A stretch of DNA of 64,000 bases, taken from the NCBI GenBank assembly GCA_030141605.1, contig JAQGDQ010000169.1:372001-436000 (forward strand), in the 5' to 3' direction. This DNA is from Tubiluchus corallicola. Its lineage: Eukaryota; Animalia; Priapulida. The notes beneath the pieces were generated by a model. That model was not told the origin of the DNA, did no database searches, and saw only the letters and a program-made list of their open reading frames with translations. Position numbers and translations under genes: made by a program. This document shows positions 54,501-64,000 of the stretch, piece by piece (position 1 is the first letter of the stretch; every line of letters starts with the position of its first letter).

Positions 54501-56082
54501 CTCACCACCAACACAATGATGTATTTATTTCATTCTGCGGTCAATCCTACGTGGTTTGGAGAAAATGGGCGTCGAATTTAAATTCCTATTTTATTTCTAT
54601 CTATAAAAGGGGGCGTGAACTGATAATGATGTATAAATGTATGTAAACATTAACGTGCAAGCCCATCTGCTCTACATTTAGAAGGTTTGCAGTTTTTGGT
54701 TTTTTTAAACTATTCAGATGAAGCGTTTTGTCAGTTTAGTGATGACTAGCTAAATATTTATCTTATTTATTATATTTGCAGGGTAAAAACCATCCTCATA
54801 AGTGGAAACTTATGTACTTATTCTGTTAAGTTATTAATTTATTTTCTAATTGTTGTTAATTTTTGAGAATTGAGAACATTTTTTATTGTATTTAACTAGT
54901 TACAGCTGTACCAAGCTGAATCATGTATGTTCTGTTAGCCCCTGGAGGCGATTAAGTTCCGATACAAAACAGTTTGCCTTAAAAACTACATCGTATTTTT
55001 TTCCGTATCTCTTCATCTGCATATAAATTGCTTTAGTAACTTAGCAAGAAAACTTTTGGTGTTTTGGGACTGCAATCACAAATTTTGGTGTAGTCTGTAA
55101 TATTTCATATTTCTTAAGTGTCTTGTTAATTTTGCAAAATAAACGATTTTTGGAAGAAATAATATGATAAATATAATCTTGACAACTGCCTATATGATAA
55201 GTTAGATAATGCTGTAATTCTGTAATAAATCTAAGATAGATGCAATGATGCCCAAGACACTCCTAAATGTCATTTCTATTTTGTGAAGAAAAAACAAATA
55301 TTTGTAATGATATGTGTTAGGGAATTCGCAAGGTTTAATTTCAAAAGCCCCACACACAAAAAGCGGAAAAGTACTTCTCTGGTACTGACAGTAAATTACT
55401 GACAGGTATTAATGAAGCTGTGGTGCTCAAACTCCTTTTACATTATCATATAAATGTATTGCGAAGCCGTTTCTTCTTATCTCCCTTGTGAAATTAAGTT
55501 TGCATTCCCAGTCATTACGTAACATCTGTATATATATGTGAGCATGTAATATACTGGAAATGGACAAGCATTTCACATTTAAATCAGTTATTGGTCTACC
55601 GCAGTTTAACCAATTGTAAATTTCTAGTGATGATTTTTAAGAGATAAAAATTTTATTTTTGATAATATATATATATAATACTCATGCCATTCAATTATTA
55701 ATTTTGATATTTTAAGAGCAAGTTCGGGTTACCTACTTAAAATTTTCTGATTATATTGTAAGTGGAATATCAGTCTGTTCAATGAGTCAATTGAGCTGAC
55801 AACATTTTACTGACGTACTAATAATCTTCCACTGCATGCGACACGATAAGCCCCACCCCCACCCGCACCCCGATCTTTATCTCAATGTGCCAGACTTGTC
55901 CTTTCGTTAGCGAAAATTTGCCTCAGGTGTCCAATAATGTCGACATTCTGTTTTTCTCTATTTATCACCGCCACATATATTTGGTTTAGAAACATTAAAG
56001 GAATGTTTTCCAACCGAGTACGAATGTTTTTTTAACGAACCTACCCAACTGTTCGATGTGTTTGATCGGTTTTTTAAATAAT

Positions 56083-56242
56083 CACCCGCGCCTAGCTAGA
56101 ACTTCTATTATTTTCTTGTGGGGGAGTTGTGATACACCCGCGCCTAGCTAAGAACTTCTGTTATTTCCTTGTGGAGGAGTTGTGATACACCCGCGCCTAG
56201 CTAGAACTTCTGTTATTTCCTTGTGGGGGAGTTGTGATACAC
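56083..56242. repeat. Minisatellite, 3 x 52-53 bp
   Basis: Unit CACCCGCGCCTAGCTAGAACTTCTGTTATTTCCTTGTGGGGGAGTTGTGATA starting at 56083, 56135, 56188. Confidence 0.93.
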
Positions 56243-57955
56243 AGTTCTTATTACATGAATCACAGAATTTGCATATCAAATTCTGCAAGTTTCACTGCCT
56301 CCCTCATTGAGCTCACGAGGCCAGTGTTACTTGGATGCTACTACATCAACCTTAGATGTGTTCAGTGATCGGAAGGCATATAAACTAGAATATACAAATC
56401 TAAACTTTTTCGTCAAAGATTAGTAATTAAACAGCCAGCTTACCTTTAGTCTAAAGTACTGCTGCATTAATTTGTTTTTCTCAATTTTGTGGTAAACTTT
56501 CTTTCTACGAACCACCACTCAGACGCGAATTTTGTATCAGCCAATAACCATAATCTTTCCAAATCTCTGGGATTTGTTTACGCTAGCGAATTCTTTGCAT
56601 TGCCCCGCGGGCTTCAAGCCGTCGGCTGGAAAATATCCAGCTGATCGGTTTTCGCAGGAAAATACATTTTAACTGCAGCTGTTGAAAAAGTTGCTGCAAC
56701 GTTTGGTGTTTGAGAAGCGAGAACATAACAACACTGCTGAAATGTAGGACAAGGGTAACGGACGGGTACAGAGAAATTTATCACAGTGGAAAGATTGTAG
56801 TTCTGTGGTCTCAGCATTCAAGTCCAGAACAGACACCGTAGTGACGTAGGCGCTACGTAAATACACGCACTGGTGCTGCCTTCTACATGTATGCTCCTTC
56901 TGTTTAGGCCGTTTACAGTTTGTCATGTATCTAACACAGCGTCTTTAAAATGAATTTTTGCTTATTATATTTCTAACTAAATAGTGCACACTCATACTTT
57001 TCATTTTTTACAATTTTTCACACACAAATTTATGTATGAAGCATATTTAAAATCAATTTTCCTTTTATTATATGTATTTATTACTAGATTAAACAAAATT
57101 TGTCATTCTGCCAGTATATTGCGTTCCCGCATGTAAATTGTACACGTTAGAGCACAATTACAGCAAATTTGCGGAAGTGTGATAACCACGAATTGCACAG
57201 TGAGGCGTCAACGGTTCGTGTAAATGTCCCAATAAAGAGTGACGTAAATCGTCTAATTACAGATCTTCTGGTCAGCAATATGGCTAAATAAACTGTGTAT
57301 CAGTCGCTAAAACTATGGCATCCAAATGGCTAACACCATGAATATGTACTAAACCATTAATCATCATTGTTTCCTATGTCTATGGTGATTGCATTGTCTA
57401 TTGTTGTACTCTAAAAAATACTATTATATATAGTCGCTAAGCACTCATGACTATGATGTAGCCATGAATTGACAAGCTGTTAGTAGTTCGTTGTATTTGA
57501 ACGCTATTTCATTATTGCTGACAGGCTTCAGTCGCTGCAGTAACCCAATAACATGTGTGTACCTTACTTGCGGTTCACTATCGGTTTACATGTGTGTCTA
57601 GAGTTCATTCGCTCAATTATTCACGAATGAATATGTCGATAGGTCGTTTTCCCTCAAATGCGAAAGGCGATTCTACGTCTGAATATCGATTGCATGCCTG
57701 TGGTGAAAATTCAGTTAAATATCTGCGATCTGCATGTATGGGGAGAGTTTCTGAAGCCTTCGTGAAACTGAAAATGACATCAATTCATAGCGATGCGAAA
57801 AATGTCGCGTGAAATGCATTATTCAGAAACATCGAGCATTATTCGTATAATTGATAAAAAGAAATCTCACAACAAAGTGAATTATAAATGCATAATTTGC
57901 CGTTTCAGTGGGCCTCTGCATGTGTAAACACTCTTGTACACACACGCACGCACGC

Positions 57956-58489
57956 ACACACACACAAACTTTTTTGGATTATAAATATACAACACGTCTC
58001 TTATAATATATAACTAGATGTAGTCCTTTATTACTTAAGCTACTTTAGTTTTCAGTGTTTTGTATGATTACTTTTATAACGTTATTTCTAATACATGTAT
58101 TGTGTAATTTTTATATATAACATAGTTACCTGCAAACGAAATAAATTAGCTAGTATATCTTAAGGGGACAAGGCGGTAGAAAAGAGAAAGAAAAAGTGTA
58201 AATTATCATATAATACAATTTTACACACACACAAACTTTTTTGGATTATAAATATACAACACGTCTCTTATAATATATAACTAGATGTAGTCCTTTATTA
58301 CTTAAGCTACTTTAGTTTTCAGTGTTTTGTATGATTACTTTTATAACGTTATTTCTAATACATGTATTGTGTAATTTTTATATATAACATAGTTACCTGC
58401 AAACGAAATAAATTAGCTAGTATATCTTAAGGGGACAAGGCGGTAGAAAAGAGAAAGAAAAAGTGTAAATTATCATATAATACAATTTT
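57956..58489. repeat. Direct tandem duplication, 2 x 267 bp
   Basis: 57956-58222 recurs at 58223-58489, apparently identical. Confidence 0.93.
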
Positions 58490-59148
58490 TTTGGAAATAA
58501 TACGCTGCCATACATTACTGCGTACTATTTTCCCGAGGAAGAAAACAAAAGAAAAAACTAAAAAATTGTTAAATAATAATTCTGAGAAAATGAGTACTAA
58601 ATTTGAATAATATTTTGATTCGTGTGTGATAAATAATACACTTAATGTACATATATATCTTTCTCTAAATTTATAGTATATACAGTGCTGTTTAATGTTT
58701 ATATAACAAATTTTGTCGCGAAAATTCGGGCGTATGAAGCTTTGCTGTAAATTATTAAGTACAAGGTGTATTGTAAGTCGTTTTTATTTTTTCTCTATCT
58801 TAACAATCCTCCTTTACAAATGTCCTCCCACACTTGTTCACAGCCGTGCTTCTGTAAGCTCTGTGTTGTGTTCATGCGTTTTTCTCAATACTTTCTGACA
58901 TTTAGTTAGTAGGTATAGTTTATCAAAAATTCATTAATCACCAACCAAAACACCAGCAATTCGTGTTGTGTGCTCACATTATTCTCTTCATTATTGTATA
59001 CCACGAGACCGAGCGTGCATTCATTTCTCCTCTATACACACATCCATTAGCTAATAATCACGTTTCGTCAATACCCCGAAGCTGATGTAGTGTGAAAAAT
59101 CAACTTTATGTCTGATGCTGCACATGTATTTCAATACATTATTTTCAG

Positions 59149-59508
59149 TAGTAGCTGGATTACCCTATAGGCTAGTATAGACTGCAGACATGCCCCTCAA
59201 GCTTGGGGAGCATACTTTGCATTGTTGACTTTAAGAAACGAGGCCAGGTAGTCTGAAAATCCAACTTTAAAGTGGTTCCTCATTTGAGGTAAAAAAAATC
59301 CGTGTTTGTGGCCTTTTATTTGAGACAAAAGGTCCTCCTTGAAGCCCTTTATTTGAATTATGGGGCATCCAGCTATGCAAATGTTGCTAAAATATATCAC
59401 AAGTAAAAAACATTCGAGACGAGTGCGATCAAATTAGAAGGTGGCTCCGCCTGAAGGTCCCATAATTTCATTAGCCTGGGGGGCCTCAAAGGTCGTAATC
59501 CAGCCATG
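59149..59508. mobile_element. hAT-like MITE related to the 4260 element
   Basis: GCTGGATTAC ... GTAATCCAGC inverted ends; 5' part ggattaccctataggctagtatag matches ggatagccctataggctgaatag at 4268. Confidence 0.55.
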
Positions 59509-62309
59509 GTTGTATGGCTGCCCGAACAACGGAAAAAGTCACGCATTGATCAAATCCAGTAGTTACTTCTTGCTTTTTAACTCCACCGTTCATGCAGGGA
59601 TTCCAGTTTGTGACGTTTTATTCTATTTTGCTTGAAATTTGTCTGAATTTTATACTCGCGTATTTTACAGTAGACCAGCTAACGAACTTTCCAGCAGTTT
59701 TGCTTGCAAATATTGACAGAAATTTTCTCGGGCTTCACGTTTGCGGTAACGCGTGTAAACTGGCTGGCTTCTTTCTGCTGGGCTGTAAAGGCGCGACGTA
59801 TGAATTTCGATTGAACGATTTCTTAGTCTGAGAGTCAATGTAAGCGTTTGACAGGGTGACTGAACTTTTCCGTGCTTTCAATTTGACAGTCCTATCATCA
59901 TGTTGAGAGAGTTGTGGATGTTAATTTTCAAATCAACGTCCCACCATAGCATTTCGTACACGCATCGTGCTGAACAAAGTTTACAAGAAAAGTGAACGTA
60001 TTTTCCTTCCAAGCAACTGTTTTCCCGCCACAGCATTGGCATTAATTGCCTTTGTTATAAATCAATGTTTATGATTGACTAGAAAAAAGACAAGTTTATT
60101 TATTATTTGGCTTTGCAACCTTTGCTACTTAACTGCAAGTGCTGACTTATGAACAAATTGCTATTTTGGAATACCATCACAGGCTCTGGTCCCACTAGAA
60201 TTAGGTGTTTTCGCTTTTTTCTCTAATATTCTAAATAAAAAGCTCCCTGCAGTAATCCTGTAATATCTTGAATTTTTGAAAGCAAATAAAAATTTGTAAT
60301 TTCAATGGCCTCAAATACTGTTTTCAAATAGCTATGACACCAATGAATTAGTGAAGTCTTAATTTCGTTTTTTATAGGAAGAAATGCACAGCGCTTACGT
60401 TTATGAATTGCTGATTAAACCATTTCGCTATCAAGAAAATACGCAGTTTAGTTTAGGGCTTTGCAATGAAAAAACAATCATTTTATTAACTTTAGATAAG
60501 GACATATTAAACTAACGAGGTCAGGCTGATCATATGACGCTGCTTTAATGTTCGCGGTTGATAAGAAATTTATAACTTTAGATCATTGAAGCTCGAATGG
60601 GCAAGTACAAATGATTAAAGGGTACGTACATGTAAAAGTTCCAGCCCGCGCACTTCTAAATAGGTTTGCGCAGGTTGTAGAAAATAAACTAGACGGCCTA
60701 GGTCGGCAATAGTTGAGACCTAGTCGCAGAGCTGAACTCGTAACAATTGTCATGATTATGAGTAAGCCAGCACATTCGTAGGAACCCTCCATTTAGGTTA
60801 TTTAGGCAAAACGTTTTCAGAATTTTTTAGGCAAAATGTTTTCTTTTCTGGCCAGTTTTTGTAAACTTCAACGAGATCTTCATAGTCAAAATTAATTCAA
60901 ATGTGGTTCAAACTTATATTATACACCAATGTAATATTAGTTAAGTTTACTCTATTTTTCTGGTTCTAATCATGGTTAAAAGATGCCATTGGGACTTATG
61001 TAACTCGGGCATTCAATATGAGAGTCGTCTAGGGATAGGGAATTTATTCCATTTCCGTAGCTTAACAAACCGAAAAATACAAAACTGAATAAATCTTGCA
61101 GACTAGCACATGATCAGTTAATATAGGAAAAATACATTGCAGGCATGATGTTCGTATGTTCAAAGGCAAGAGAGACTTAATATTTTTGTTGCTCATTTAT
61201 TTTAAAGCAAGGATATGTGGCTTAGTTTCTTTATTAAACTCATGTCTCTGTATTTTGTAGTGCCTTGAAACTTCTTGTCTACATTCTGTTTAAATTGAAA
61301 ATTCATTTTTGGTTACTTGCATTAATTTGTAATTGATCGATTTCAGTCAGTTTAATTTTTTCTGGCAGCTTAAATATTCCCAGCACGGTGGCAGCCATGA
61401 ACTATGACTAGATTGTTGTATACGATGAATCATTTCCCATAGCTAGCTTGGTATCATATAAATTCACTTTCCCATTCACATCAAGCAGTCGAATCTTTTA
61501 ATTTGATCGTGTACAATAAAATGTGTTTACTGTAGCTCGCGATGACTATGCCAGCAATAAATTAGTAAAATATAGTATAGGACGTCGGCGAACCATTTAC
61601 CTTCGCGTCATGCTTCAAGGATTATAAGCAGCTTTTACTGTCGTTGAAAAGAAATTGCTTCGGGCTTAATACCTTGCTGTTTTCATAAATAATGTAAATT
61701 AGGTTGCAGCTGAAAAGCTTTCACTTCATTCAGTATATATAAGAACTTATTAAATTTTTAATGTATTGTAACTAAACCAAACGTTAGTGCACAAATTTGA
61801 ACACAAACATTAATAACTAACGGTTTCTTTTGAAAGTTTTCTTAATTAATAATATTACTGATGGCAATATAATTAAACAAACTTTCAAACCTCGGATGAA
61901 GACATCTGAAGCTCGCCATTAGTACCCAAAATACAAGTTGTCTGTTATAGGAAATAATGTGCCTTAAAAAGCCCTATTATGTGACTGAACAGACCTATAT
62001 ATATTGTTGTCCATTTGTAAAGATTCTATGGAAGATCATTAGGCACCATTTCCTCTGTTATGTTCTCTTACACGTGCTCGATTCAGCGTGACATTTGTGC
62101 AGTTTGCAAATCTTCTTCCTTTATATCTGTAAACAGGTAGGTGTTCCAGGAAGTACTACAATAACTGATAAATAACCCTCTTAGACCTGTACACACACCA
62201 TACAGTTGCGCTGAATTTTGCTGTTTTTAGAGGTCAAATTCAACACTTTGTGAAATTTAAGTTTCATACAAATATAGGCATGAAATGACCTGGCGAAAGA
62301 TTCTAACGT

Positions 62310-62604
62310 ATTGGGTCAGCATTCTATTAGGCTAGGTTAGCTAATGCAACTTGAGCTAATGGCTAAGCATTGGGTCAGCATTCTATTAGGCTAGGTTAGC
62401 TAATGCAACTTGAGCTAATGGCTAAGCATTGGGTCAGCATTCTATTAGGCTAGGTTAGCTAATGCAACTTGAGCTAATGGCTAAGCATTGGGTCAGCATT
62501 CTATTAGGCTAGGTTAGCTAATGCAACTTGAGCTAATGGCTAAGCATTGGGTCAGCATTCTATTAGGCTAGGTTAGCTAATGCGACTTGAGCTAATGGCT
62601 AAGC
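62310..62604. repeat. Minisatellite, 5 x 59 bp
   Basis: Unit ATTGGGTCAGCATTCTATTAGGCTAGGTTAGCTAATGCAACTTGAGCTAATGGCTAAGC; one substitution seen in the last copy. Confidence 0.96.
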
Positions 62605-64000
62605 TGCGATTGGAGTGTCTCTTTTGGTGCAGCTGTCAATGCAACTCGATCAGCATTCTTCGCCAGCAACTTCGATACCCCTTTTTTGTTAAAGGAACCA
62701 TCGTAGGCCACAGGTTACTAAGAAGCTGTTTCCAAGAAGTAGTGCCTAGCTTAAATTTTCCGAACTCGCCCGAGCAAAATCGGAACAGAATGATTAACCG
62801 ATAAACGTAATTTGTTCAGTAGGTAAATACTTTTCTAGCCTCACAAACCAAGCCATCGAATGTAATAAATAATTTTAGTGTTAAATTCAACATTCATTGT
62901 AAAATATTCCCCCTTGTGTGAGGAGATTAACTTTAGTGGTCACAATGTGTGCTTGGCTACAACTTTACGCAATGTCGAGCTTGGTTAGTTAATGGGTGGA
63001 TGGATACTTCTGGGTTGTTTCAGTTTGCCGTACACCCCTGACTGTTTAATTTTGTTAAGTGCCTGCTCTGCTGGTTCATTGTCTCAGCTTAGCGTTTTAT
63101 CCTTGATAATTATATGGTTTCTGGTCCCACCACAACCGCCTAACTTTATTAGAGGCAATATAATTCCTATTGTTGAGTGCTGGAGTGTGAGAAATGTATA
63201 CATAAAAATATCCGAGATGTAATATTATTTGTGTGTAAGAGCGGACGCGCACAATTAAATTTGCCTATTCGAGGTTTTCTACACGTCATCAAATTAATGC
63301 AGAAATATGAAGATCGCCAGCTCTTCTGTGTCAGTGAATTGTCAGTGAGATCATTGAGTTACATCCGAAACTCAAGCCTCCACGCATCAGCATCTTGGTT
63401 TGATTACAGGACCGGCTGTTCCTAACTACTAGTAAATTTCATTCTCAGACCATCTTTCGTGCTTTACCATCTGTTGGTTCTTATCTTACCAGGTTTCCCC
63501 CTAAACTAACTTTACCCTCAAGCGTTTACGTGTTTCACTATAATCTTATCTAGTGGTTATAAAGGGCACGTGCACTTGCTGAATGGGTGATGATCTTGCA
63601 CTATTTTTTGCAGTGAAGCAGCCTTTAGACTTGATCTTTCACCTGGACAGTCAAATTCAGTGCACCATACCTGGATTTGAGGGCGGGCTCTCAGAGTATT
63701 TACTTTCTGTATTGAGTATTCCTTAAGTACATAATGTATAATGAGATTGTTTCATGTTGATGAAATGGGTGCCCTAATATTTTTTAATTATTTGGCACAT
63801 TACGAACTTTTCAAGAGGTCTTATAATACCCTATTGTGTTTTGCGACTCTGCGAAATTTGCTGCGTAGTTGTGATGACCTTGTCGTTAGCAAGGTGCTTT
63901 TTTACCTGAAAGAATGGCTTCCGCAAATTCTTTTTTAAAATACAAACTAAGTAATTTACCTAACTTGCATCAAGTTGCATGGATTAGTGGTAGATGATGT

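Noticed and set aside
56083-62604. 52-bp and 59-bp arrays as CRISPR
   Set aside because: Head-to-tail repeats with no unique spacers, no cas genes, eukaryotic intron context.
48528-64000. Short ORFs in the last 15 kb
   Set aside because: No recognisable domains or TBC-family exons; treated as intron, although small exons could be missed by eye.

Overview
AT-rich eukaryotic genomic DNA from an invertebrate animal, probably a bilaterian, with spliced genes, long microsatellites and decayed transposons. There is no prokaryotic system or CRISPR array. Conserved genes: the 5' part of a vesicular monoamine transporter (VMAT/SLC18A, minus strand), a complete 3-exon TMEM35/NACHO (minus), a single-exon HEXIM (plus), and the first coding exon of a probable TBC1D12/14 followed by >15 kb of apparent intron. 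Two results are not visible in the ORF track. (1) VMAT carries two tandem 59-nt copies of its TM3 exon, each with intact splice sites and mostly synonymous divergence, i.e. candidate mutually exclusive exons. (2) Between VMAT and NACHO lies a cluster of secreted cysteine-rich precursor genes: an intact 145-aa gene (signal peptide, RSKR furin-type site, 103-aa mature domain with 10 Cys ending CGPNYCCC), a frameshifted tandem paralog that lost two Cys, and a disabled unrelated signal/pro/CxxxC-peptide gene on the opposite strand. All calls are by-eye translation and motif recognition; no searches were run.
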